From: Candidatus Hadarchaeales archaeon
GTDB taxonomy: Archaea; Hadarchaeota; Hadarchaeia; Hadarchaeales; JAWBSP01
Assembly: GCA_038842485.1 (NCBI GenBank)
Contig: JAWBSP010000013.1
Coordinates: forward strand, 1-32,160
Reading direction: 5' to 3'
DNA length: 32,160 bases
Numbering within the stretch: position 1 is the stretch's first letter; the number at the start of each line of letters is the position of its first letter. Shown here piece by piece: positions 19,330 to 27,382 of this stretch. The notes beneath the pieces were generated by a model. It saw nothing but the letters and a program-made list of their open reading frames with translations. It ran no database searches and was not told the origin of the DNA. The position numbers were made by a program, and so were the translations under genes.

Positions 19330-20248
19330 GGGAGCTGAGGAACTCAATGAAGTACGACTGGGTCGCGGCGACAACCGCCCCGTAAACCCCGGCCTCCTCA
19401 CCCAGCCTCGAGAGCTCGATGGGGGGAACCGCATTCACGGCGTGGTCCGCCACCCTCTCCCTTATCGGCCTCAGGATTAGCTCCTTGCCGGCCAGCGCTA
19501 GTGCCCCACCCACGATTACCAGCTCTGGATCGTAGGAGTTTATCACGTTAGCGAAGCCAATGGCGTTGAGCCTCCCTATCTCCTCCAGCAGTTGGAGAGC
19601 CTTCTTGTCCCCCTTTCCAGCCCTATCCAGAAGCTCCTCTGACTTCAGCGGGGGATAACCCTTCAGTTTTGCCAAGTTGGGGATGCCCGGTCCCGAACAG
19701 TAGGCCTCCCAGTGCCCGCGCCTCCCGCACCCGCACCTCAGCTTTCCCTCCGGATCTATGGTGTAGTGCCCGATCTCGTGCGCGTTCCCATCCTTCCCGA
19801 ACAGCACCCTTCCGTCCACATAGACCCCTGCCCCTATCCCAGCGCCCAGGTTCACGAAAACCAAATCGTCTATCCCGCTTCCCAGGCCGAATTCGTGCTC
19901 CCCCATGACCGCCGCGACGCAGTCGTTGATGAGATAAACCGGTGAACCCAGCTTCTTCTGCAGGGGTTTCACGATGGGGATGGTCTGCTTGAAGGGCAGG
20001 TGGACGGGATTCACCAGCTCACCCATCCTGTAGTTGAGGGGACCGAAGGAGGCCACGCATGTTCCCTCGAGCTCTTTCGGCTTGACCCCGGCCTTCTTAC
20101 AGAGGGATTCCGAGATGCGGACCAGCTGCCGCGTGAACCCTTCCACGCTTCCGGTCTCGGTTGGCTCCCTAGCTTTGCACACCATTTCCTTCCCGTCAAA
20201 AATCGCGCCCCTGATCTTGGTGGCTCCAATGTCTATCCCAAGGTACAT
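19319..20248 (-). CDS. ROK family sugar kinase (glucokinase-like)
   Basis: GIDIGAT, INDC, GAGIG, HEIGH, CGCGRRGHWEAY. Confidence 0.94.
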   Translation of the reverse strand: MYLGIDIGATKIRGAIFDGKEMVCKAREPTETGSVEGFTRQLVRISESLCKKAGVKPKELEGTCVASFGPLNYRMGELVNPVHLPFKQTIPIVKPLQKKLGSPVYLINDCVAAVMGEHEFGLGSGIDDLVFVNLGAGIGAGVYVDGRVLFGKDGNAHEIGHYTIDPEGKLRCGCGRRGHWEAYCSGPGIPNLAKLKGYPPLKSEELLDRAGKGDKKALQLLEEIGRLNAIGFANVINSYDPELVIVGGALALAGKELILRPIRERVADHAVNAVPPIELSRLGEEAGVYGAVVAATQSYFIEFLSSLRR

Positions 20249-20290
20249 ATAAAAAATTTGAGAGATTGTATGAGTACCTAGCGCATGTGT

Positions 20291-20308
20291 GAGTTACTAT
20301 GGTAACAC
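20291..20308. repeat. 18-bp palindrome copy (2 mismatches)
   Basis: GAGTTACTATGGTAACAC, between the amylase fragment stop and the ROK start. Confidence 0.88.
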
Positions 20309-20314
20309 TGGCCG

Positions 20315-20644
20315 CTACAGTTTGGCATATATTTTTCCTTCCCTCGGCGCCAGAGTAACCTGAATGGTTCTATCCTGACCAACGGTTATTCTTTCCTCGG
20401 TGTTCAGAAGGTTTGTCAACACGGTTCCGGGGGCGAAGCTATCGGGAAGGGTTATGGTCCTGCTCTGCTGCGAGGGGGAGTTGTTGAGCACCACGAGTGT
20501 TTGGTTCTCCCCGTAGACCCTCCTGTAAGCATAGATGGCCGTCTCCCTGTACACCTCAATCTGGCTTCCCCTCCTCAGCTCTATACGATCTTTCCTTATC
20601 TGGCAGAGCTTCTGGATGAGTTTGTAAGTGTCCGTGATCTCCAT
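20315..20644 (-). pseudogene. C-terminal fragment of a GH13 alpha-amylase/CGTase-like gene
   Basis: YKLIQKLCQIRK..LRRG..IYAYRR..LVVLNN..LTNLL..VTLAP: last barrel helix plus C domain; catalytic core absent. Confidence 0.75.
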
Positions 20645-20749
20645 AAGCCCTCCATGGCACCGCTTCTGATTGCCGTGGTCATCGTGGTTGTCGCCGTCAT
20701 CCTGCTCGTGACCTTCAGACGACCAAAACGACGGGGAAAATCCAGATAG
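20645..20749 (+). pseudogene. Orphan C-terminal membrane anchor (or a 31-aa membrane peptide from ATG 20654)
   Basis: KPSMAPLLIAVVIVVVAVILLVTFRRPKRRGKSR*: TM helix plus basic tail typical of surface-protein ends. Confidence 0.5.
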
Positions 20750-20795
20750 CCAACTGGAAGGGCTGAGGGGTTTGAAATAGGAAAGGAAGAATTGG

Positions 20796-21284
20796 ATGTC
20801 AGTCAAGCCCGTGCTCGCCTTGACGCTCACCTGCCTGGTTTGGGGTTTCGTGCTTGGTTACGTGCACCACCTGACCCAACCGAGGATAGAGGAGGCCGAG
20901 CGGAGGGAGATGGCGACGAGGCTCTCGGAAATCTTTCCGGGTTGCGAGTTCGTGGAGGAAAATGGAATCTTTCTCTGCTACCGGGAAAACCAGCTTGTGG
21001 GAAGGGCGCTCGAGGTGAGGGGGAAGGGCTACGGTGGGGAGATGAGGATCTTGGTCGGGATAAACCTGGACAAAACCGTCAGGGGGGTGAGGGTCCTCTC
21101 GCACTCCGAGACCAAGGGGATAGGGTCTAGGGCGGCCGAGCTCCCATACCTCTCCCAGTTCGAGAACCTGTCACTGAACCAGCTAGCCTTCAGGCCCGAG
21201 GGAAAAATAGAGGCGGTGAGCGGTGCCACCGTGAGCTCGAGGGCGATCCTGGAGGCGGTGAGGAGGGCGCTGGAGCATGCCTGA
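20796..21284 (+). CDS. rnfG: Rnf complex subunit G (FMN-binding)
   Basis: N-terminal TM, KGYGG, HSETKGIG, flavinylation motif VSGATVSS. Confidence 0.92.
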   Translation: MSVKPVLALTLTCLVWGFVLGYVHHLTQPRIEEAERREMATRLSEIFPGCEFVEENGIFLCYRENQLVGRALEVRGKGYGGEMRILVGINLDKTVRGVRVLSHSETKGIGSRAAELPYLSQFENLSLNQLAFRPEGKIEAVSGATVSSRAILEAVRRALEHA

Positions 21285-21882
21285 GGAAGGGCGCGACCTC
21301 AGGTGGGAGACCGAGAAGGGGGTCCTGCGCAAGAATCCCGTCTTCGTCCTCCTGCTGGGTCTCTGTCCCTTCCTCGCCATCTCCAAGTCCGTGGAGGACG
21401 CGCTCGGGATGACCCTCGCCTTCTCCTTCGTGCTCCTGTGCTCCACCCTGCTCGTCTCCCTCCTCAAGCGGCAGATACCAAAAAACGTGAGGATCCCCAT
21501 CTTCGTGGTCATCATCTCCAGCTTCGTGACCATAACGGAACTCACCATCAAGGCCTTCTCCCCCACCCTCCGCGAGCACCTTGGAATCTTCCTCCCCCTC
21601 ATCACCGTCAACTGCATCGTGCTGGGAAGGGTCGAGGCCTTCTCCTCCAAGCGTGGCGTGCTCGAAACCCTTGCGGACGCGCTCGGGATGGCGGCGGGCT
21701 TCGGGCTTGCCATCATCTCCATCTCCTTCATCAGGGAGCTACTCGGGGCGGGGGGGATAACCCTCTTCGGGCACACCCTGACCGTTCTCTCCCAGCCCGT
21801 TTCGGCCTTCCTCCTCTCCCCCGGCGGCTTCCTGGTGATGGGGGTGATTTTGGCGGTCCTCAAAAAGTTGGGGGTGATCTAG
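21277..21882 (+). CDS. rnfE: Rnf complex subunit E
   Basis: NPVFVLLLGLCP, VRIP, PLITVNCIVLGR.E. Confidence 0.94.
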   Translation: MPEEGRDLRWETEKGVLRKNPVFVLLLGLCPFLAISKSVEDALGMTLAFSFVLLCSTLLVSLLKRQIPKNVRIPIFVVIISSFVTITELTIKAFSPTLREHLGIFLPLITVNCIVLGRVEAFSSKRGVLETLADALGMAAGFGLAIISISFIRELLGAGGITLFGHTLTVLSQPVSAFLLSPGGFLVMGVILAVLKKLGVI

Positions 21883-22458
21883 GTGGAGGATCTGGTCTCC
21901 ATTTTCCTGGTGACCCTGCTGATCAACAACATCGTGCTGACCCGCTTCATCGGACTCTGCTCCTACTTTGGAATCTCCTCCAACCTGAAGAACTCGGCCA
22001 TGATGGGGATGGCCGTCACCTTTGTGGCGGTGAGCTCCTCGGCCGTTACCTGGTTCGTCAACAGGGGCCTGCTCCAGCCCTTCGGGGTGGAGTACATGAG
22101 GATAGTGGTTTTCATCCTAGTCATAGCCTCCTTCGTCCAGCTGGTGGAGATCCTCATGCGCAAGCTCTCGCCAAAGTTCTACTCCGCCTTCGGGATCTAC
22201 CTCCCCCTCATTACCGTGAACTGCGCCATCCTGGCGGTGAACCTGATCAACTTCGATGAGGGTTACTCCCTCCCCGCCTCCCTCGTGAACGGTTTGGCGA
22301 CGGGGCTGGGCTACACCCTAGCCATCCTCCTCCTCGCGGGAATAAGGGAGAGGTTGGCGTACGAGGACGTCCCGCGCTCCCTTAGGGGTGCCCCCATTGC
22401 CTTCATCGTGGCGGGTCTGCTGGCCCTCTCCTTCCAGGGTTTTGTGGGGATAGGATGA
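21883..22458 (+). CDS. rnfA: Rnf complex subunit A
   Basis: NNIVLTRFIGLC, IASFVQLVE, GIYLPLITVNCAIL, GIRER. Confidence 0.94.
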   Translation: MEDLVSIFLVTLLINNIVLTRFIGLCSYFGISSNLKNSAMMGMAVTFVAVSSSAVTWFVNRGLLQPFGVEYMRIVVFILVIASFVQLVEILMRKLSPKFYSAFGIYLPLITVNCAILAVNLINFDEGYSLPASLVNGLATGLGYTLAILLLAGIRERLAYEDVPRSLRGAPIAFIVAGLLALSFQGFVGIG

Positions 22459-23249
22459 TCGGGGAGCCCCTCACTCTGGCACTGGTGGGGTTTGGGTTCG
22501 CCCTTCTGCTGGTCTGGGCCTCCAAGCGTTTTGCCGTGCAGGTGGATGAGCGGCTGGAGGAGGTGAGGGGGATGCTTCCCGGTGCCAACTGCGGGGCGTG
22601 CGGGTACAAGGGGTGCGAGGACTTCGCCCGGGCACTCGTGGGAGATCCCGCCCTGCTGGGTCAGTGCAGGGTCTTGGCGCCTGCCGAGAGGGCGAGGATA
22701 GCGTCCTACTTGGGGGCGAAGCTCTCGGTCGAATGGGCGGCGGCAGTAGCGGCCTGCTCTGGGGGAAGCAAGGTGGCGTTCGGGTATGCGGGAGAGCGGA
22801 GCTGTCTTGCGGCCTCCCTTCTACAGGGCGGTCCTACTCTCTGCAGGTTTGCCTGTCTTGGGTTCGGGGATTGCGAGAAGGTCTGCCCTTTTGGGGCTAT
22901 ACGGATGGTGAACGGGCTCCCCCAGGTGAATTGGAGGAAATGCACCGGATGCGGTCTCTGCGTGAAGGCCTGTCCGAGGGGGGTCATGGTCCTACTGCCG
23001 AGAAATGCCAAGGTCTACGTCAAGTGTATCTCCCCCGAGCCCGGAAAGCTGGTTGCCACCTCTTGCACCAAAGGGTGTATCAAGTGCAGGCTTTGCGAGC
23101 GCAACTGTCCGAGGGGGGCGATAAAATTCGTGGGGGACAGGATTTCCATCGACTCAACTCTCTGTGACGGGTGCGGGAAGTGCGTGGAGGTCTGCCCGAG
23201 GAAGTGCATCGTGTGGATCCAGCGTCCCGTTCCCCTCCCGGTCAGATGA
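22455..23249 (+). CDS. rnfB: Rnf complex subunit B (polyferredoxin)
   Basis: LPGANCGACGYKGC, CLGFGDC..VCP and further CxxCxxCxxxCP motifs. Confidence 0.94.
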   Translation: MIGEPLTLALVGFGFALLLVWASKRFAVQVDERLEEVRGMLPGANCGACGYKGCEDFARALVGDPALLGQCRVLAPAERARIASYLGAKLSVEWAAAVAACSGGSKVAFGYAGERSCLAASLLQGGPTLCRFACLGFGDCEKVCPFGAIRMVNGLPQVNWRKCTGCGLCVKACPRGVMVLLPRNAKVYVKCISPEPGKLVATSCTKGCIKCRLCERNCPRGAIKFVGDRISIDSTLCDGCGKCVEVCPRKCIVWIQRPVPLPVR

Positions 23250-23470
23250 GGTACGAGGTTGAGGTGAGGTTCGGTAGGGAATTTCTGGAGGTTTGCGGCA
23301 ACAAGATCTCGATTGGGCTCACCTCGAGGCCGGAGGGGGGAAAGGCGAACTTGGAGCTGGTCAAGAAGCTCGCCAAGCACTTCGGCGTCCCCTCCACTCA
23401 AGTCAGAATCGTTTCAGGCTTCACCTCTAGGAAGAAAGTGGTTGAAATCGTTGCATGTTCAACAAAATAA
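23246..23470 (+). CDS. DUF167 (UPF0235/YggU) protein
   Basis: PEGGKANLELVKKLAKHFGV..IVSGFTSRKK; ATGA overlap with the rnfB stop. Confidence 0.92.
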   Translation: MRYEVEVRFGREFLEVCGNKISIGLTSRPEGGKANLELVKKLAKHFGVPSTQVRIVSGFTSRKKVVEIVACSTK

Positions 23471-23482
23471 GTGAGAACTCGA

Positions 23483-23500
23483 GTGTTACTATAGTAACAT
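23483..23500. repeat. 18-bp palindrome copy
   Basis: GTGTTACTATAGTAACAT, between convergent genes. Confidence 0.95.
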
Positions 23501-23568
23501 CATTTCTGGGGATTGTGCACGGATTCACCGGGTTTCTGAGAAACTTCCCTTGGTCTCACCCGAATAAA

Positions 23569-23652
23569 GTTCCGTTATAGTGGTAATCTTGCTTAGAAAC
23601 TTTACCGCTATAGTGGTAAAATATACAGTTGGCTTCTCCACTATAGTGGCAA
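23569..23652. repeat. Three copies of a second palindrome (consensus TTACCACTATAGTGGTAA) at a 33-bp period
   Basis: 23569-23586 GTTCCGTTATAGTGGTAA, 23602-23619 TTACCGCTATAGTGGTAA, 23635-23652 TCTCCACTATAGTGGCAA; unrelated 15-bp spacers. Confidence 0.85.
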
Positions 23653-25731
23653 TCACACAACCAGAAGCCCCCAATTTTCAGTTTGTAGAAGGTTCCCGCT
23701 AGAGTCGACGAACAGACCGAATGCCCCAAGACGCTCGAGCAGAAGCCTCCCGTTTTCGGGTCCCAGCACGAAGGAGGCGGTGCTGAGGGCATCCGCGTCC
23801 ATCCCCCGGCTCGCCACCACCGTCACGCTCTGGCACTGGGTGGCGGGCTCCCCCGTTCTCGGGTCGATGATGTGGTGAATCCTTCTGGCCCCGAGGAAGT
23901 AAACCCTGACGTAATCGCCAGAGGTCGAGACCGCGCCCTCGCTCAGCTCGATGGTCTGGAGGATCTCCTCGGGCTTCCTGGGGTGCTGGATCCCTATCCT
24001 CCAGGGTTTGCCGAAGACCCTGATTTCGCCACCTATCTGGACCATTCCAGCCTCCACCCTCGAGCGGAGGATCTCGCAGGCAAGGTCGGCTGCGTAACCC
24101 TTCGCAATCCCGCCCAGCGTCACCTGCATCCCCTCTTTTAAGAATCTCGCCCTCCCGTTCTCCAAGACTAGGGCCCTCCAATCCACGAGTTCCCGTGCCC
24201 CTTGAAGTTCGGAGGTCGAGGGAAGCCTGCCCCTCTCCTTTACCTTCTTCATCCAGAGGTCGACCAGAGGCTTCACGGTGGGGTCGAAGGCGCCGTCCGA
24301 GAGTTCGGCGTAGCGCAGTGCCTCTTGGAGCACCTGGTAGGTTTTGGGCGAGAGCTCCACCCATTCGGTCCCGGAATGGTTTAGCTTCCAGATTTCTGTT
24401 CCCTCCTTCTCGCAGGAGAGCAGGTCCTCCAGCTCGTGTACCTCCCGCAGCGCCAGCTGGACGGCCTCTCTTGCCTTCTCCAAGTTTTCATCGCACGCAG
24501 TGATGCGCACGAAGGTGTCCATGGCGAGATCCTCGGCCCTTACGTAATCCCGGCCGAACTCGAAGCGCGGGAGGGAAAGGTGGGAGACGAGCACAGGAAG
24601 CAGAACCAAGAGACAGGCGGCCCCGACGGCGGCTCTCCTGCGTTCCCTTCCGAGCCTTGGGATGAGGATGAGGAGGATGGTGAGGAGGCACTGGGTGAGG
24701 AGGAAGCTTGCCGCGAGCCCGGTCAGCCCGAACCTTCGCCCGAGCGCCACGACCGAGAGAAGCTGGAGGGGGACGGTGATGGCGTAGGCCGAGGAAGTAC
24801 TGGCGGGGCTTTGTTCGGAGAGGAGTTCGGCGGAGCAGACTTGGGAGAGGGTGGCGGGAACCAGTGCGAGGAGCATCAGCTGGAAGGCGCGGAGCGAGCC
24901 CGAGTAGTCAGGGAAAAGACGGGGGAGGAGGAGGGAGAAGCCAAGCCCGCCCGCGAGAAGGAGGAGGGAGGATTTCAGGGCGAGCGAGCGCATGCCCTTG
25001 GACTGGGTGGAGAGGGAGTAGAAGAAAAGGGTCTGGGGGAGGGCAGCGAACAGGTAGAGGAGACGGGAGGAGAAGTAGTAGAGGCCTAGGATCTCCATTC
25101 CAAGCAGGTGCCCGGCCACAACCTTGTCCAGGAAGCCCAGGGAGGCCGAACCGAGATCGGTGAGGAGGTAGCCGGCAAGTTTTGGTGTTACTATGGCAAC
25201 ACGCGCGTTTTGCTTCGGTGCTGATGTTACTATAGTAACACTCGGGCGGGACAGAACTGCCAGCGAGGGGAGAAAGTGGGCGAGGAAAAGGCCGAGGAAG
25301 ATTGCCCAAGTTTGTTGGAGCAACAGATAGAGGAGAAGGGGGAGGATGAGGAGAGCGGAGCGAGCGATCCAGAGCCTGAGGTACCCCGAGAAGTTCTTCC
25401 GCGCAAGCTGAAGGTGGAAGGAGAGGGAGAAGAGGGAAAATCCGAGGACGAGCAGACCGGCTCCAGGGTGAAGGAGGGTGAGGGGAAGACCCAGAGCGGT
25501 CGAGGAAATCAGCGTCAGGTACAGGGAACGCTCGGGATCCGGGAACTTGGAAACGATGAGCGACTTCCCTAGGCCGAGGGAGGCAATCGTCGAGAGGAGC
25601 ATGGAGATTGAAAAGAAATAGCCAACTTCCCCGAAGGCAAAGGGGTGCAGGAGGAGAGCCAGAACAAGCCAGAAGAGGCTTCCCGAGAGAGTAGCCATCG
25701 CTTGGGCCAGTGCAATGATTTTCATCTTCAT
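23653..25731 (-). CDS. apbE: Fusion of a MOP/Wzx-like multi-TM transporter (N) and an ApbE FAD:protein FMN transferase (C)
   Basis: N-half polytopic (FGEVGYF..SLGLG, LDKVVAGHLLGMEILGLYYFS); C-half AMDT, SDGAFDPTV.PL..LW, LGGIAKGYA, GGEI, STSGDY, HHIIDPRTG, ADALSTA. Confidence 0.9.
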   Translation of the reverse strand: MKMKIIALAQAMATLSGSLFWLVLALLLHPFAFGEVGYFFSISMLLSTIASLGLGKSLIVSKFPDPERSLYLTLISSTALGLPLTLLHPGAGLLVLGFSLFSLSFHLQLARKNFSGYLRLWIARSALLILPLLLYLLLQQTWAIFLGLFLAHFLPSLAVLSRPSVTIVTSAPKQNARVAIVTPKLAGYLLTDLGSASLGFLDKVVAGHLLGMEILGLYYFSSRLLYLFAALPQTLFFYSLSTQSKGMRSLALKSSLLLLAGGLGFSLLLPRLFPDYSGSLRAFQLMLLALVPATLSQVCSAELLSEQSPASTSSAYAITVPLQLLSVVALGRRFGLTGLAASFLLTQCLLTILLILIPRLGRERRRAAVGAACLLVLLPVLVSHLSLPRFEFGRDYVRAEDLAMDTFVRITACDENLEKAREAVQLALREVHELEDLLSCEKEGTEIWKLNHSGTEWVELSPKTYQVLQEALRYAELSDGAFDPTVKPLVDLWMKKVKERGRLPSTSELQGARELVDWRALVLENGRARFLKEGMQVTLGGIAKGYAADLACEILRSRVEAGMVQIGGEIRVFGKPWRIGIQHPRKPEEILQTIELSEGAVSTSGDYVRVYFLGARRIHHIIDPRTGEPATQCQSVTVVASRGMDADALSTASFVLGPENGRLLLERLGAFGLFVDSSGNLLQTENWGLLVV
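25185..25241. repeat. Two 18-bp palindromes inside the coding sequence
   Basis: 25185-25202 GTGTTACTATGGCAACAC and 25224-25241 ATGTTACTATAGTAACAC; read in frame as SVTIVTS and RVAIVTP. Confidence 0.93.
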
Positions 25732-25788
25732 TTAAACTAAAAGCCAGTTCACGCCCGGCATGCTACTAAAGGTTCAGTTACAGGCACT

Positions 25789-26163
25789 TTAGACGGCACG
25801 GTCGAGGTTCCTGGTGGCGACGATATCCACCCCTAGACCCAAGATATTTTTGACCACGATGTCCCCGAGCCTGACGGGGGCTTCAACCTCCACCTTGGCG
25901 AGTTCGGATAGGCACTCCATCAGTTTCCCTTTCGGCACGGGTCCGGTCGCACGCACGGGCAGCACGGGTATCTTGGCCCCCCTGACCCTCACGGTGGTGA
26001 AGAAATCCCGGACAGGGTCTCTAACCTCTCGAGAAACGTAACCCTTCCCCCGCTCACATTCGATGTTTTGAATTTCAACCACCTCCCCGTCCCTCGTGCT
26101 CACCCTAGCCTTACACGCCAGGGGGCAGAGGAGGCAGGTGATTTCAAGCGTTCTCTCCCTCAA
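25789..26163 (-). CDS. DUF1667 Cys-rich protein (partner of GlpA-like clusters)
   Basis: ITCLLCPLAC, CERG..Y, P.R..TTV.V, APV..GD. Confidence 0.9.
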   Translation of the reverse strand: MRERTLEITCLLCPLACKARVSTRDGEVVEIQNIECERGKGYVSREVRDPVRDFFTTVRVRGAKIPVLPVRATGPVPKGKLMECLSELAKVEVEAPVRLGDIVVKNILGLGVDIVATRNLDRAV

Positions 26164-27382
26164 CGCTCACCACCCATTCTCTTCCCGCTTTCAGCTCCCT
26201 CAACGCCTCCCCCTCGATGTTAATGGTTGAGACCTCCGACGGCTTCACCACCCGTTTCGAGATGGAAAGCTTTCCTATCCTCACCTCTGCATTGCGAATC
26301 GGCTTCTTCACGCGCATCTGGAGGACGAAGGGCTCCTCACCGCTGATCACCTGCGGCACCACGTATCTCACGTTGTTTCCAGGGGTCAGCCTTATCCGCT
26401 TGGGTATGGGGGGAATCCCGCTTAGATACCTTGCGGCCATTGCGCCGGCGAGCTCACCCTCCCAAGTTACATGGTCAACCAAGTCGTGAACGTGAACAAC
26501 ATTCCCACAGGCGAAGATCCCGCGGACCGAGGTCTCCATATGCTCATCGACCACAGGCCCCAGTGTGGCGGGGTCGAGTGAGAGGCCCGCCTCCCTCGAA
26601 AGTTCGTTTTCCGGGATCAATCCCACCGACAGGATGAGGGTGTCGCATTCGATCGTTCTTTCGGTTCCGGGGATCGGCTTCCCATCCTGGTCAACCTTCG
26701 CAATCGTCACACCTTCCACCCTGTCCCTGCCGTGGATGGAGGTAACCGTATGCTCAAGTAAAAGGGGAATGTCAAAATCCTGCAAGCATTGAACAACGTT
26801 TCTGTCCGAACCTCCGGGGAACGGCAAGATCTCGACCACGGCCTCTACCTTGGCTCCCTCCATCGCGAACCTCCTAGCCACGATCAGGCCCACATCACCC
26901 GATCCCAGGATAACCACCCGTCTACCCGGCAGGTAGCCTTCGATATCCATAAGCCTCTGGGCGGTCCCGGCGGTGTAGATCCCCGCCGGCCTGGTTCCAG
27001 GGATGTTCAGCTGCCCCCTTGTCCTCTCCCGGCAGCCCATCGCCAGAATCACCGCCCCAGCATGGATTTCCAGCAGACCATCGTCGCTGTTGGCGGCCAG
27101 GACCCTCTTGTCTGGAAAGAGTCTCAGAACCATGGTGTTGAGCTTGTACTCGATCCCCAGTTGGTGCAATTTCTCAATGAATCTTGAAATATATTCCGGT
27201 CCGGTCAAGTTCTCCCCGAAATAGTGGAGTCCGAAACCCGTGTGTATACACTGGGGTAGAATTCCCCCGAGTTCTTCTGCACGCTCGAGGACGAGAATCC
27301 TTTCCACCCCCTCCTCCCTAGCTTTGATCGCCGCCGCCAGTCCGGCCGCCCCCCCACCTATAACGAGCAAGTCAACTTCCAT
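26144..27382 (-). CDS. FAD/NAD(P)-binding oxidoreductase
   Basis: IGGGAAG, GGILPQCIHTGFG, AMGCRER, LGSGDVG, ACGNVVHVHDLVD. Start set to ATG 27382. Confidence 0.92.
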   Translation of the reverse strand: MEVDLLVIGGGAAGLAAAIKAREEGVERILVLERAEELGGILPQCIHTGFGLHYFGENLTGPEYISRFIEKLHQLGIEYKLNTMVLRLFPDKRVLAANSDDGLLEIHAGAVILAMGCRERTRGQLNIPGTRPAGIYTAGTAQRLMDIEGYLPGRRVVILGSGDVGLIVARRFAMEGAKVEAVVEILPFPGGSDRNVVQCLQDFDIPLLLEHTVTSIHGRDRVEGVTIAKVDQDGKPIPGTERTIECDTLILSVGLIPENELSREAGLSLDPATLGPVVDEHMETSVRGIFACGNVVHVHDLVDHVTWEGELAGAMAARYLSGIPPIPKRIRLTPGNNVRYVVPQVISGEEPFVLQMRVKKPIRNAEVRIGKLSISKRVVKPSEVSTINIEGEALRELKAGREWVVSVEGENA

